Notes: generated by a model from the letters alone, not told the origin. A DNA stretch of 64,000 bases from Thermodesulfobacteriota bacterium (GCA_049320885.1 JBMORA010000013.1:87264-151263); one strand, 5' to 3'; positions 1 through 10,752 are shown, counted from the first letter of the stretch. Translations and numbers: made by a program.

Positions 1-831
1 GAGATGTCCCATATTTTCGAGTCCAGGGTTTTTGCGGAAACCTATGCCTCGGTTCAATCCGTTATCAATGAAACCGACCAGGAAGTCTTCTCCCGGGAAG
101 CGGAATCCAGGGTACGGACCGTTTCCGAAGTTGAACTGAAAGGCGTCCGGATCGGGAAAACCTGGCAGGACTCAACCAGCGGCCAGGTTCATGCCATGGC
201 CGTACTGGACAAATTTCAGGCCCGACGATCCTGGGAGGGAGAGATCGAAGCCATTGAAACCGCCATGGAAGGAACCCGAAGCTCCCTGGCCGCCGCCCGC
301 AGCGATTTTCGAAAGCTCCAGGCCCAAAACCAGCTTATGAGCTTCTGGTTGCAGCGGGAGTCCATCCGCAGCCGCTTGCGCGTGATCGGTTTCGCAGGAA
401 TACAGGAGGAGGAGGAGGAAATTCACGACATCGTCAGGGCCAATGCCGAAATTCGCGGCAGACTGAAAATCCTCATCGACATTTCAGGGAAAAAAGGCCC
501 TGCCGTGATCAGCACCGTGGGGCAGCGTCTCACGGAAAACGGCTATAACCTCGTATTGACCGGCCAGGAGCCCGATATCGTGCTCCAGGGTGAAATCCGA
601 ACGGAAAACGTGAACCTGCCGAACCCCCAGGTCCGGTTTGTGCGGGCCCAGGTAATCCTTCAGCTGATCGACCGTGTTGAAGGGAGACAGGTGGCTGAAA
701 TCAAAGAAGATATCCGCAAAGGTCATGTCGACCGGAAAGAGGCCGCCCGCAATGCCGTCGAAGGTGTCGCCGGAATGACGGCCGCCCGGGTGATCGCGGT
801 TTTTGGGCAGGTCGACGCATCCCGGGACTGA
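1..831 (+). CDS. LPP20-like lipoprotein, probably 5'-truncated by the window edge
   Basis: Frame is open from base 1. The segment 'VRTVSEVELKGVRIGKTWQD..VHAMAVLD' followed by a helical region resembles LPP20-family proteins. Lies next to a second LPP20-like gene. Confidence 0.55.
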   Translation, partial: EMSHIFESRVFAETYASVQSVINETDQEVFSREAESRVRTVSEVELKGVRIGKTWQDSTSGQVHAMAVLDKFQARRSWEGEIEAIETAMEGTRSSLAAARSDFRKLQAQNQLMSFWLQRESIRSRLRVIGFAGIQEEEEEIHDIVRANAEIRGRLKILIDISGKKGPAVISTVGQRLTENGYNLVLTGQEPDIVLQGEIRTENVNLPNPQVRFVRAQVILQLIDRVEGRQVAEIKEDIRKGHVDRKEAARNAVEGVAGMTAARVIAVFGQVDASRD

Positions 832-900
832 AGCCATGAATTGCATTTTATCAAACCGGCAACCGGCCGGGTTGAACAGAAACCATAAGGAGGGTTAACC

Positions 901-1491
901 ATGAACCACAAGCGCATGGCGTTGATCATGATCCTGTTCGTGCTGGCGGCAGTTCTGGCGGGTTGCAGCAAGGCCCAGGTGGCCAATGAAGCCCTTTCCG
1001 AGGAATTCGAAGATGCACCGGATTGGGTGCTGGGGGAACAATCATCCGAAGCCGGCGCCCTGACCGCCGTCGGTTCCGCCAAGGTCGGCAAAGGCGGCGT
1101 GCAGTTCGCGCGCACCGAAGCCATGGCCCATGCCCGCACCGAACTGTCCCAGCAGTTGGCAGTCAAGGTCAAGGCCTTGGTGAGCAATTTTTCCCAGCAG
1201 GTCGGCATGGGGGAGGGTCAGAGTCTGGATATGTTCACCGAACAGATCTCCAAACAGGTTACCAATGAAACCATCAGCGGGTCCAAACAGAAAGAACTTT
1301 GGATCTCACCGGCTTCCGATTTGTATGTGCTCGTTTGCATCGATCCGGAAATGGTCAAGGCTTCGGTGAAAAATCGCATCATCACCAGCTTTAAAGGGGA
1401 TGAAATCCGCTGGCAGAAATTTCAGGCCCAGAACGGCAGCGACGCCCTGGACAAGGAAATCGAAAAAACATTCGGTACCGAAGGAAAATGA
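901..1491 (+). CDS. LPP20 family lipoprotein
   Basis: RBS AAGGAGG, signal peptide with lipobox LAGC, and 'APDWV...AVGSA...ARTEAMAHARTELS' pattern. Confidence 0.8.
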   Translation: MNHKRMALIMILFVLAAVLAGCSKAQVANEALSEEFEDAPDWVLGEQSSEAGALTAVGSAKVGKGGVQFARTEAMAHARTELSQQLAVKVKALVSNFSQQVGMGEGQSLDMFTEQISKQVTNETISGSKQKELWISPASDLYVLVCIDPEMVKASVKNRIITSFKGDEIRWQKFQAQNGSDALDKEIEKTFGTEGK

Positions 1492-1513
1492 TGGTTCTGA
1501 GCGTCGCGATTTC

Positions 1514-2620
1514 TTACGAGCCCGGATAATAGGTCTCGCCGCTCTTCAAATCCACCCAGCTGTCCAACAGCCCCGCCGCCGCCAATTCCCGACGCAGATG
1601 CCTGGGTGGGAAATGCACCGGTTCATCGCCCAGCCGGAACGCCCCCCAGTGGACGATCATCAGCTTCCGGGCCTTCAGTTCCCGGAAGGCCTGCACGGTC
1701 TCCCGGGGGTTGATATGGCTCTGGGCCATGAACCAGCGGGGTTCATAGGCCCCCAGGTTGAAAATCGCCAGATCGATGTCATAGGCTGCGCCGATCTGCT
1801 CGAACCCGTCGAAATAAGCGGTATCGCCGGAAACATAAATGGTATAGCCCTGGGAGGTGCGGATCAGGTAGGAGCCCCACAGGGAGGTGTTCGGCCCCTG
1901 GATGGGGCTGCGCATGGTCCAGTGATTGCACGGCAGCAGGGTGATTTCCAGCCGGTTGTCCGTATAGCTGTCAAACCAATCCAGCTGGGTCCGATCCTGG
2001 ACGCCCAGGGAGGTGAATTCCTCCTCGTATCCCAGGGGGCTGATCATATGGGTGGTTTTGCCGAAGGCGCCCAGGCTGGGCAAATCCAGGTGATCATAAT
2101 GACCGTGGGTGATCAGAATATGGTCCGGTTTCGGGATGGTATCCGTTTTCATGGCCGGCGGGTTGAAATCTTCGATAAACCAGAAGATATCGTCCAAGAT
2201 CGGGTCAACCAGCAGGCGGCGTTCCTGATCTTGGATCAACAGTCCGGCATGCTTCAGGAAGGTGATGGACAGTCCGGCCGTATCCCGGATGGCCTCCCAG
2301 TTGACGGAAAAGGGCGTCATCGGCTGCTCATCCAGATATTTCCCGAATTGGTTGGCGGAAAACAATTTCCAGCGCATGAGATCCAGGAAGCGCCCATCCT
2401 GGGACAGGCCCATGGGGTTGTGGAAACGATTTGGTCCGTGATGGTGTTTTTTCCGGGCGATATCCCGCAGGAGGGTTCCGTTCAACGGCTGATAAAACAG
2501 CTGGGTCTCCAAATTCGGTTCCTGGACCGCCAGGGCGGAGAAACCCGGAGCCGTAAGGGGCAGGGATGCCAGCCCGGTCACTATTCGCTTCAAGAATTTC
2601 CTGCGTCCCATGGTCGTCAT
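1514..2620 (-). CDS. TAT-exported MBL-fold metallo-hydrolase (NAPE-PLD/RomA-like)
   Basis: N-terminal GRRKFLK twin-arginine motif; THGHYDH, SGDT, GAYEPRW and HWG motifs. Confidence 0.85.
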   Translation of the reverse strand: MTTMGRRKFLKRIVTGLASLPLTAPGFSALAVQEPNLETQLFYQPLNGTLLRDIARKKHHHGPNRFHNPMGLSQDGRFLDLMRWKLFSANQFGKYLDEQPMTPFSVNWEAIRDTAGLSITFLKHAGLLIQDQERRLLVDPILDDIFWFIEDFNPPAMKTDTIPKPDHILITHGHYDHLDLPSLGAFGKTTHMISPLGYEEEFTSLGVQDRTQLDWFDSYTDNRLEITLLPCNHWTMRSPIQGPNTSLWGSYLIRTSQGYTIYVSGDTAYFDGFEQIGAAYDIDLAIFNLGAYEPRWFMAQSHINPRETVQAFRELKARKLMIVHWGAFRLGDEPVHFPPRHLRRELAAAGLLDSWVDLKSGETYYPGS

Positions 2621-2862
2621 CCCTTCCTCCTGCCGTCGTTCCCATCAGCTCCTTGAAAAGGCCGGTCATTTTACCGGTCTTGGCATACAATAATCATGAT
2701 CGGTCATTTGAAAAGACCCGGAATGCCGCTGGATGGTACTTGACAATGCCGCCGGGGACGGATTAGGGGAGTCCATTTGTTTTCATGGTTGCGGGGCAAC
2801 CGTATCGCTCACGGTCAGCATTTCCCCATGATCGATATAACATAACGAAAGGTAATCAAAAC

Positions 2863-3450
2863 ATGATGAATCCGGAATGGATGAACAAAAAGGAACGCTT
2901 GAAACAACTGTTGACGGAAAAATCCTTTCAATACAGTGACACCCCGAAATTCAAACTGGTATCGGGCGCCGTCAGCCAGTATTATATCGACTGCAAAATG
3001 ACCACCCTGCTGTCCCATGGCAAAGTGCTCATCGGCGAAATTCTCTTTGAAATGATCAAGAGCCTGAATATCAAGGGGATCGGCGGACTGACCCTGGGGT
3101 CCGACCCCATCGCCAACGCCGTGGCCTTTGTGGCCGGGCTGCATGGGCTGGACATGATTTCCTTTGTGATCCGCAAGGAGGCCAAAAAGCACGGCACCCA
3201 AAAATGGATTGAAGGCGACATGCGGGCCGGTGACCGGGTGGTGGTCATCGACGATGTCATCACCACCGGCGGGTCCACGATCAAGGCCATCGACCGGGCC
3301 GAGGAGGCCGGACTGACCATTTTGAAAACCATCGTCCTGGTGGACCGGGAGGAAGGCGGCCGGGAAAACATCCTCGCCCGGGGTTACGATGTGGAAGCGG
3401 TTTTTACCAAATCGGAGCTCAGAGCCGCGTTTGAAAAAAGGCGCGGTTGA
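2863..3450 (+). CDS. pyrE: orotate phosphoribosyltransferase
   Basis: FKLVSGAVSQYYIDC, IRKEAKKHGT and the PRPP loop VVVIDDVITTGGS. Start placed after AAAGG. Confidence 0.95.
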   Translation: MMNPEWMNKKERLKQLLTEKSFQYSDTPKFKLVSGAVSQYYIDCKMTTLLSHGKVLIGEILFEMIKSLNIKGIGGLTLGSDPIANAVAFVAGLHGLDMISFVIRKEAKKHGTQKWIEGDMRAGDRVVVIDDVITTGGSTIKAIDRAEEAGLTILKTIVLVDREEGGRENILARGYDVEAVFTKSELRAAFEKRRG

Positions 3451-4988
3451 TACAAGGCCCGGGCCTTGCGACCGAAGGGGATGCCCAGTTTGCGCATCTT
3501 CTGACGTAGGGTGGCCGGATGGATGTTCAGGAGGGCGGCGGCGCCGTTGGGCCCCTCAATGCGCCCGCGGGTCCGGTCCAGTGTTTTCCGGATATGGGCG
3601 GTGATAACGGCGTCCAGCTGGGAAACCACCGGGAAAGGCGGCTCGTTTTCCGCCGGATGATCCATTCCGCAGGATCGTTGCAGGTCGCTGAACGTCAGCG
3701 GCTGCCGCCCGCAGATGATCAGGGCCCGTTCCACCGCATTTTCCAGCTCCCGCACATTACCGGGCCAATCATAGGCCATCAGTCCATCCAAGGCGCCCGG
3801 CGACAGGGTCGGCATCCCGGGAATGGCCAACTCTTTGGCTTTTTCCCGCAGAAAATGCTGGACCAGGGCGGGGATATCCAATTTGCGGCGCCTCAACGGC
3901 GGTATTTCAAGGGGAAACACCTTGAGCCGGAAATACAGATCCTCCCGGAATTGCCCGTGCCGGATCATCTGCTCCAGATCGCGATGCGTAGCGGCGATGA
4001 CGCGGCTGTCCACTGCCATGGGGGCTTCTCCGCCGACTCTTTCAATCTCCTTGTCCTGGAGCACCCGCAATAACCTGACCTGGGCTTCCAGCGGCAATTC
4101 ACCGATTTCATCCAAAAAAATCGTGCCGCCGTCGGCCCGCTCGAAGCGTCCGCGCTTGCCGGCCACCGCGCCGGTAAAGGCGCCTTTCTCATGGCCGAAA
4201 AGCTCGCTGTCGATCAGGGACTCCGTGATGGCACCGCAATTGACCGTAATGAACGGTCCCTCCCGCCGGGGGGAGCTGTTGTGAATGGCCTTGGCGATCA
4301 CTTCCTTGCCCACGCCGGTTTCCCCGAGGAGCAGCACCGGGCTGCCGGACGGGGCCACCTTTCGGACCGCCTCCATGACGGCTTTCAGTCCGCCGGCGGA
4401 GCCGATGATTTGTTGCCCCTTCATCCGGAAGAGTTCATCCTGAAGATAACGCTTGTCATCGGCCAGCAGGTTTTTCAGTTCGCGGACTTTCCGGTATCGC
4501 AGGCTGTTGGTCAAGGCGATTCCCAGGGGTTCATTCAGGAGCTTCAACAGGCGGACATGATCCGACGTATAGGGTGTCTGCTTTTCATTGATGATGATCA
4601 GGGCGCCCATGCGTTTGCCGGTGAGCACCATTTCCATGGCGATGGAAGCGCCGTAGGGCCAATGAAGATGCCGGATCAGGGCCTGGGCCGCGTCGTCTTT
4701 GCCGATCCTGTTGGTTACCGTAATCCGGGGTTCGGTGATGTCGGTGCGCAGCTGGCGCCGATGCTGGGGGGGAACCGGCACCAGGACGGGCAGGGTGTTG
4801 CTGCCGTCCAGATATGCCGCGGCAATGGTTTCATAGCTTTCCTGCTCCGGCAGGTACACCACAAACCCCATGAAATCCGCCGGGATGTACTCCCGGATAT
4901 AGAGCAGGCAGGACCGCAGGGCTTTGTCGATTTCCAGATTTCCGCAAATCCGCAGCGTGGCTTCGCGGAAAAATTCATTTTCATCCAT
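3384..4988 (-). CDS. sigma-54-dependent transcriptional activator (GAF-AAA+-HTH)
   Basis: Walker A GETGVGKE, intact GAFTGA loop, FLDEIGE, WPGNVRELEN and a C-terminal HTH. The 3' end overlaps pyrE by 67 nt. Confidence 0.93.
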   Translation of the reverse strand: MDENEFFREATLRICGNLEIDKALRSCLLYIREYIPADFMGFVVYLPEQESYETIAAAYLDGSNTLPVLVPVPPQHRRQLRTDITEPRITVTNRIGKDDAAQALIRHLHWPYGASIAMEMVLTGKRMGALIIINEKQTPYTSDHVRLLKLLNEPLGIALTNSLRYRKVRELKNLLADDKRYLQDELFRMKGQQIIGSAGGLKAVMEAVRKVAPSGSPVLLLGETGVGKEVIAKAIHNSSPRREGPFITVNCGAITESLIDSELFGHEKGAFTGAVAGKRGRFERADGGTIFLDEIGELPLEAQVRLLRVLQDKEIERVGGEAPMAVDSRVIAATHRDLEQMIRHGQFREDLYFRLKVFPLEIPPLRRRKLDIPALVQHFLREKAKELAIPGMPTLSPGALDGLMAYDWPGNVRELENAVERALIICGRQPLTFSDLQRSCGMDHPAENEPPFPVVSQLDAVITAHIRKTLDRTRGRIEGPNGAAALLNIHPATLRQKMRKLGIPFGRKARALYQPRLFSNAALSSDLVKTASTS

Positions 4989-5049
4989 TCCCCTGGTTCC
5001 TCCCCCATCGAATACCTGAAACTTGATTATGCGACAGTTTATCAGCTAC

Positions 5050-5097
5050 CTGTACTATTTTCCAGAAATAACTGTCATATTCCACAGAAATCACTGT
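5050..5097. promoter_or_regulatory. putative upstream activator (enhancer) sites
   Basis: CTGT recurs at 5050, 5072 and 5094 (22 bp period). CTGT-N8-ACAG is perfect at 5072-5087, with CTGT-N8-CCAG at 5050-5065. About 100-130 bp upstream of a sigma-54 promoter. Confidence 0.55.
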
Positions 5098-5183
5098 GCG
5101 TACCGGCGGCCGGCCCTGGACTGAAAACCAATGGACGGCATAACAACTCGGATTCTCGATAAATTCAATCAATATACCTTCAA

Positions 5184-5199
5184 TGGCATCCTTCCTGCT
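5184..5199 (+). promoter_or_regulatory. sigma-54 (-24/-12) promoter
   Basis: TGGCATCCTTCCTGCT matches GG-N10-GC, 68 nt before the 5268 ATG and divergent from a sigma-54 activator. Confidence 0.75.
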
Positions 5200-5267
5200 T
5201 TACACCTCAGCCAACCGGACGGTGATGTGGCACAACGCCGTCCCCATCCCCGACCAAAGGAGACGCC

Positions 5268-7268
5268 ATGTATCGGTATCTGTTCAGCCCCATCCGGATC
5301 AACAACTGCGAGATCAAAAACCGGATCGCCTATCCGGCCCTGGGGCTGCTGTATTCCCACGACCGCAAGCTGAATGACAAGTATCTGAATTATTACACGG
5401 AGAGAGCCAGAGGCGGCGTCGGCTTGCTGACCGTCGGTCCGGTGGGCGTCGATTTTCTGGGTTCCGGGTATCTGGCCCTGGCCCTGGACAACGACGACGC
5501 CATCCCCGCTTTTCAATCCCTGACCCGGGCGATCAAAAATGAAGGCGCCAGCCCCTGGATCCAGCTCTTTCACGCCGGCGGCTATTCGCATCCCATCCTG
5601 ATCGACGGCCGGCAACCCATGGCGCCCTCGGCGGTGTTTTCCAGCTATGCCAAAACCACGCCCCGGGAAATGACCCGGGAAGATATCGCCGCCGTGCAAC
5701 AGGCGTTTGCCAAAGCGGCGGTCCGCGCCCGGGAGGCGGGCTTTGCGGGCGTGGAGATCATCGCCTCGGCCGGATACCTGCTCACCCAGTTTCTCTCGCC
5801 GGTCAAAAATATTCGCACCGACGAATATGGCGGCAGTTTTGAAAACCGCGTCCGCTTCCCCGAAGAGCTCATCCGGCTGGTCCGGAAACACCTCGGCCCG
5901 GATTATCCCCTGACCGTCCGCATGGCGGGGAATGATTTCGTCACCGGCAGCAACACCGACGCCGAAACCCCGAAAATCGCCCGGATATACGAAGCCGCCG
6001 GGGTGGACGCCATCAATGTGACCGGCGGCTGGCACGAGGCCCGGGTGCCGCAGCTCCCCATGGATCTGCCGCGTTCCGCCTTTGCCTTTCTGGCCCTCAA
6101 CATCAAAAAGGCGGTTTCCATTCCGGTGATGGCCTCCAATCGCATCGCCACCCCCGCCGAAGCGGAAAAAATCCTGCGCAACGGATATGCCGACATGGTG
6201 AATCTGGGCCGGGTGCTCATCGCCGATCCGGAATGGCCGAAAAAGGCCTTCGCAGGAAGAGCGGATGAAATCCGGCCCTGCACCGCCTGTTCCCAGGGTT
6301 GCACGGATCAGGTGTTTCAGGGGAAGCCGGTTTTCTGCGTGGGCAATCCCCTGGCCGGTTGCGAGTCCGAACGCCGAATCCGCAGAAGCGACCGCCCCAA
6401 AAACGTGATGATCATCGGGGCCGGCGCCGCCGGATTGGAAGCGGCCGTGACCGCCGCGCTGGCCGGACACCGGGTCCGTCTGTATGATAAAGGTCCGGAT
6501 ATCGGCGGCCAGTTGTGGGCTGCCGGCGCTCCGCCCCATAAGCAGGAGCTCTGGGAATACATCCGCTACTACCGGGCCATGCTCCGGAAATATCCCATCG
6601 ACCTGCATCTGAATACGGAGGTGACGCCGGAACTGATTCGGGCGACGAATCCAGACCATATCATCGTCGCCGAAGGCGCTAGGCCCCTGCTTCCGCCCAT
6701 CAAAGGGGTGCGGGACCCCGGCGTATTGACTTCCTGGGAAGTACTCCAGGACAATCCCCGGCTGGGGAAAAACGTGGCCGTGATCGGCGGCGGCGCCGTT
6801 GGGCTGGAAACCGCCCTGTTCGTGGCCGCCAAGGGCACCATGAGTCCCGAGATCCTGCATTTCCTGTTCTCCTATGACGCGGTCCCTCCGGAGCGCCTGA
6901 GAGAGCTGATGGTCCAAGGCAGCAGCCGGGTGACGGTGTTCGAGATGCTGCCCAAGGCCGGAAAGGACGTGGGCCGCTCCACCAAATGGGTGCTGTTCGA
7001 CAACCTGAAAAAATTCGGCGTGGCCATCATCACCAACGCCAGGGTCGCGGCCGTTGAAGGCGGCCGTGTCCAGTATGAAAAGGACAACGCGGCCCATGAG
7101 CAACGATTCGACAACGTCATCGTCGCCTCGGGCTCCCAGCCGGTGCGGACCGTCACCGAACAGCTGCAACAGGCCGGCATTCCCCACACGGCCATCGGCG
7201 ACTGCCTCCGGCCGGGGAAAATCGGCGACGCCATCCATGGCGGCTTCCTGGCGGCCATGAATCTATGA
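5268..7268 (+). CDS. FadH-like 2,4-dienoyl-CoA reductase / NADH:flavin oxidoreductase (OYE barrel, 4Fe-4S, FAD)
   Basis: ASAGYLLTQF, NIRTDEYGGSFENR, GGWHEARVP, CxxCxxxC..C cluster motif and two Rossmann GxGxxG motifs. Confidence 0.9.
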   Translation: MYRYLFSPIRINNCEIKNRIAYPALGLLYSHDRKLNDKYLNYYTERARGGVGLLTVGPVGVDFLGSGYLALALDNDDAIPAFQSLTRAIKNEGASPWIQLFHAGGYSHPILIDGRQPMAPSAVFSSYAKTTPREMTREDIAAVQQAFAKAAVRAREAGFAGVEIIASAGYLLTQFLSPVKNIRTDEYGGSFENRVRFPEELIRLVRKHLGPDYPLTVRMAGNDFVTGSNTDAETPKIARIYEAAGVDAINVTGGWHEARVPQLPMDLPRSAFAFLALNIKKAVSIPVMASNRIATPAEAEKILRNGYADMVNLGRVLIADPEWPKKAFAGRADEIRPCTACSQGCTDQVFQGKPVFCVGNPLAGCESERRIRRSDRPKNVMIIGAGAAGLEAAVTAALAGHRVRLYDKGPDIGGQLWAAGAPPHKQELWEYIRYYRAMLRKYPIDLHLNTEVTPELIRATNPDHIIVAEGARPLLPPIKGVRDPGVLTSWEVLQDNPRLGKNVAVIGGGAVGLETALFVAAKGTMSPEILHFLFSYDAVPPERLRELMVQGSSRVTVFEMLPKAGKDVGRSTKWVLFDNLKKFGVAIITNARVAAVEGGRVQYEKDNAAHEQRFDNVIVASGSQPVRTVTEQLQQAGIPHTAIGDCLRPGKIGDAIHGGFLAAMNL

Positions 7269-7386
7269 ACCGCCGGACAGATGACGACATTCGGGCGATT
7301 TGAAAAAGACGGACGGATCTGATAGGTTACACTCCAACCATGAAAACTCCGGAAACGGTTCCGGGACGAACAGGAAAGGAAGCGCA

Positions 7387-8484
7387 ATGGCACAAACCGT
7401 ATATCAAAAATTGAGAGCCCAGCTGGATCAGTATTCCACCGGTTTTCCGGAAACCGCCTCGGGAATCGAATATCGGATTCTGAAACGCCTGTTCACGGAA
7501 GAAGAGGCGGCCATGTATCTGGATTTGACGATGATGCTCGAATCCCCCGCCTCCATTGCCGAACGCACCGGTCGGGATCCGGTGAAAACCGAAACCATGC
7601 TCCGACAGATGGTCGAAAAAGGCCTTATCTTCCGGGTCCGGAAAAACGACGCGGCCCGATATGCGGCGGTGCCTTTTGTCATCGGCTCCTATGAATTCCA
7701 GTTGAACCGCATGGACCGGGAACTGGCGGAAATGACCGAAACCTATTTCGAGGAAGCCCTCATGCCCCATCTCGTGGGGAATGTGCCCCCCCTGCGGACC
7801 ATCCCGGTCCAAAAATCCGTGGACGTGGCTCACAAGGTCGCCCCTTACGCCGACGCCAAGGCCATTGTCGCCGACAAGGAGAAAATCGCGGTGGCGGAAT
7901 GCATCTGCCGCAAGCAGCAGGGCTTGCTGGAAAAAGGCTGCGGAAAACCCAGGGAGGTCTGCCTGGTGTTCGGCTCCCATGCCGATTATTATGTGGACAA
8001 GGGCATGGCGCGGTTCATCGAAAAGACGGAAGCCTATGCGATTCTGGATCAGTGCGAAAAGGCGGGATTGGTGAACCAGCCGGCCAACATGGTCAATCCC
8101 GGCGGCATGTGCAACTGCTGCGGCGACTGTTGCGGTGTGCTGCGGGGGCTCAACCAACTGCCCAAACCCGCCGAAATGGTCTGCAACAATTATGTGGCCG
8201 CCGTGAATGCGGAGGAGTGCACCGGCTGCGGCGTTTGCGAGGAGCGCTGCCAGATGGCGGCCGTGGCCGTGAACGACGATTCCATCGCCGCGGTGAATCC
8301 CGACCGCTGCATCGGCTGCGGTCTCTGCGTAACCACCTGCCCCACGGAGGCGATCCGGTTGCAGGTCAAGCCCGAGCACCTGCAACGCACACCGCCAGCA
8401 AGCGGCCGGGAGCTCATGGACATGACCGCCAGAATCCGCGGCACCTCCCTGATGCCGCTGTTCATGACGGCGCCGAAATCATGA
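7387..8484 (+). CDS. 4Fe-4S dicluster protein with an N-terminal helical/wHTH-like region
   Basis: CTGCGVCEERC, CIGCGLCVTTCP, CNCCGDCC and CICR motifs; RBS AAAGGA. Confidence 0.85.
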   Translation: MAQTVYQKLRAQLDQYSTGFPETASGIEYRILKRLFTEEEAAMYLDLTMMLESPASIAERTGRDPVKTETMLRQMVEKGLIFRVRKNDAARYAAVPFVIGSYEFQLNRMDRELAEMTETYFEEALMPHLVGNVPPLRTIPVQKSVDVAHKVAPYADAKAIVADKEKIAVAECICRKQQGLLEKGCGKPREVCLVFGSHADYYVDKGMARFIEKTEAYAILDQCEKAGLVNQPANMVNPGGMCNCCGDCCGVLRGLNQLPKPAEMVCNNYVAAVNAEECTGCGVCEERCQMAAVAVNDDSIAAVNPDRCIGCGLCVTTCPTEAIRLQVKPEHLQRTPPASGRELMDMTARIRGTSLMPLFMTAPKS

Positions 8485-8497
8485 GGACACCAAGGAC

Positions 8498-8803
8498 GTG
8501 GATGGAGACAACCCGAAACTAATAAGGAGTCAGAAGTCAGGAGTCAGGAGTCAGCATAAAATACGGACGCCGGCCTACCTATTTTTCTATATGCTGTTTT
8601 CTCCCGACACATGGCGTGTGGTGATCGGGATTATCGTTGCTTATTTTCTGGCGCCGCTGATTCTGCCCCCGGAATTGCCACCCGCCGGCATCGTCCTGCT
8701 GTATGTCATGCTTGCCGTCATCGGATACACCGGTAGCAGAATACCTGCCGGGTGGATCACCCGAGCGATCAAACAGCTCATATTGGGTGACAAAAGACCC
8801 TGA
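8498..8803 (+). CDS. small membrane protein, hypothetical
   Basis: Two to three hydrophobic segments; start codon uncertain. Confidence 0.6.
   Translation: MDGDNPKLIRSQKSGVRSQHKIRTPAYLFFYMLFSPDTWRVVIGIIVAYFLAPLILPPELPPAGIVLLYVMLAVIGYTGSRIPAGWITRAIKQLILGDKRP
8525..8554. repeat. heptamer tandem repeat (AG(G/A)AGTC)x4
   Basis: AGGAGTC AGAAGTC AGGAGTC AGGAGTC AG read directly. Confidence 0.85.
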
Positions 8804-8946
8804 ATCTGAATGTCAGCGATCGGTAAATCCCGCTGTTTCAGGATCAAACCGGCCAGCACCGGCAAAACCGCTCCATACGGATAAAGGAAGATGAATTCCT
8901 GCGGCCGGGAAAGCATGAGGGCATCATGGATATGCCGTCCTGTTTT

Positions 8947-10752
8947 CTATTTGGTTTCATGAGCCTGAAGCAAGGACTTGAACTCGGATTCAAACAGCAC
9001 TTCCTTATGCAACAGCTCTTCCGCCACCGCCTCCAGGGCCGCTTTGCGCTCGGTCAGCAGGGCGGTGACGCGCTGCTCTCTCGCCGCCAGAATCGCCTTT
9101 ATCTCCTCATCCAGCCGGGAAGCCGTCTGTTCGCTGTATTCACGCCCCCCGGGGACGGACTGGTCCGTGCTCAGGAAAACGGGGTTCCGTTGCCGGGGAT
9201 AGGTGGAAAGTCCCAGGGTCTGGCCCATGCCGTATTCAGCCGACATGGCCCGGGCGATATCGGTGGCCCTCATCAGGTCGTTGCCGGCGCCCGTGGTCAC
9301 ATCCCCGAAAATGAGTTTTTCCGCCACCCTGCCCCCCAGCAGCACGTCGATCTTGGACAACAGCTCCTCCCGGCTCATGAGATAGCGGTCTTCCGTGGGC
9401 CGCTGCTGGGTGTAGCCCAGCGCCGCCAGCCCCCGGGGGATGATGGAAATTTTATGGACCGGATCACTTCCCGGGGTCAGGGCCGCCACCAGGGCATGAC
9501 CGACTTCATGATAGGCCACGATCTTTTTTTCCTTGGGGTTGATGACCCGGTTTTTCTTCTCCAGGCCGCCGATGAGCCGGTCGGCGGCCTCGTCCAGCTC
9601 GATCATACCCACGTCCTTTTTCCGCTTGCGGGCGGCCAGCAGGGCGGCCTCATTAACGAGGTTGGCCAGATCCGCCCCGGAAAATCCCGGTGTTTTCTGC
9701 GCGAGTTCGGTCAGGTTGACATCAGCGGCCATTTTGATATTGCGGGCATGGATTTTCAGGATCGCCTCCCGGCCCTTCACATCCGGCCGGTCCACCAGCA
9801 CCTGCCGGTCGAAACGGCCGGAGCGCAACAAGGCTGAATCCAGCACCTCCGGACGATTGGTGGCCGCCATGATCACCACGCCTTTGCGGCTGTCGAATCC
9901 GTCCATTTCCACCAGCAGCTGATTCAATGTCTGTTCGCGTTCGTCATGCCCGCCCACCATGCCGACCCCTCTTGCCTTGCCGATGGCGTCCAGCTCGTCG
10001 ATGAAAATGATGCAGGGGGCCTTTTCCCGGGCCTGGGTGAAGAGGTCCCGCACCCGCGCCGCGCCCATGCCCACGAACATTTCCACGAAATCCGATCCGC
10101 TGATGGAAAAAAACGGCGCCCGCGCCTCGCCGGCCACGGCCCGGGCCAGCAAGGTTTTACCGGTTCCCGGCGGCCCCACCAGCAGGACCCCCTTGGGCAT
10201 CTGCCCGCCCAGTTCCTGATAGACATGCGGCTCGGTTAAAAAATTGACGATTTCCTGAAGTTCCTCTTTGGCTTCGTCCGCACCGGCCACATCGGGAAAA
10301 CGGGTGGAAATATCGCTTTCCCCCACCACCTTGGCCTTGTTTTTTCCGAAGGTCATCATTCCGGCAGCACCTGCCTGCATGCGCCGCATCAGGAGAAACC
10401 AGACACCATAAAACAAGGCGATGGGCAGCAACCAGGAGACCAGGATCTTGAAAAACGTATTCTCCACCTGGCCGGTGAATTTGACGCCGTGTTCCGACAA
10501 CAGTTTCGACAGATCATTATCCACCCGGATGGTTTTGAACAGGATCTCGCTCCCCGCGTCTTTCATGTGGCCGTGAATCTCCTTTTCCGACACACTGATG
10601 TCGATCACCCGCCCCTCCGAAACCGCCTGGATGAACTCGCTATAGGGGATCACCCGGGGGGCGAGCTGGCCCACGATCATGTTTTGGAGCACCAGCACGC
10701 CGAACATGGCCAGAACGATATAGTAGACATTGAATTTGGTTTTGTTTTCCAT
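8947..10752 (-). CDS. ftsH: ATP-dependent zinc metalloprotease FtsH
   Basis: Two TM segments, [27 protein letters not shown] and HEVGH zinc motif; RBS AGGAGG before ATG 10752. Confidence 0.96.
   Translation of the reverse strand: MENKTKFNVYYIVLAMFGVLVLQNMIVGQLAPRVIPYSEFIQAVSEGRVIDISVSEKEIHGHMKDAGSEILFKTIRVDNDLSKLLSEHGVKFTGQVENTFFKILVSWLLPIALFYGVWFLLMRRMQAGAAGMMTFGKNKAKVVGESDISTRFPDVAGADEAKEELQEIVNFLTEPHVYQELGGQMPKGVLLVGPPGTGKTLLARAVAGEARAPFFSISGSDFVEMFVGMGAARVRDLFTQAREKAPCIIFIDELDAIGKARGVGMVGGHDEREQTLNQLLVEMDGFDSRKGVVIMAATNRPEVLDSALLRSGRFDRQVLVDRPDVKGREAILKIHARNIKMAADVNLTELAQKTPGFSGADLANLVNEAALLAARKRKKDVGMIELDEAADRLIGGLEKKNRVINPKEKKIVAYHEVGHALVAALTPGSDPVHKISIIPRGLAALGYTQQRPTEDRYLMSREELLSKIDVLLGGRVAEKLIFGDVTTGAGNDLMRATDIARAMSAEYGMGQTLGLSTYPRQRNPVFLSTDQSVPGGREYSEQTASRLDEEIKAILAAREQRVTALLTERKAALEAVAEELLHKEVLFESEFKSLLQAHETK

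Noticed and set aside
3384..3450. 67-nt convergent overlap of pyrE and the sigma-54 activator
   Set aside because: The overlapping tail lies after the HTH and looks like simple stop-codon drift.
5072..5087. E. coli-type LexA box CTGT-N8-ACAG
   Set aside because: Flanking genes are not DNA-repair genes, and the phasing upstream of a sigma-54 promoter fits an enhancer better.
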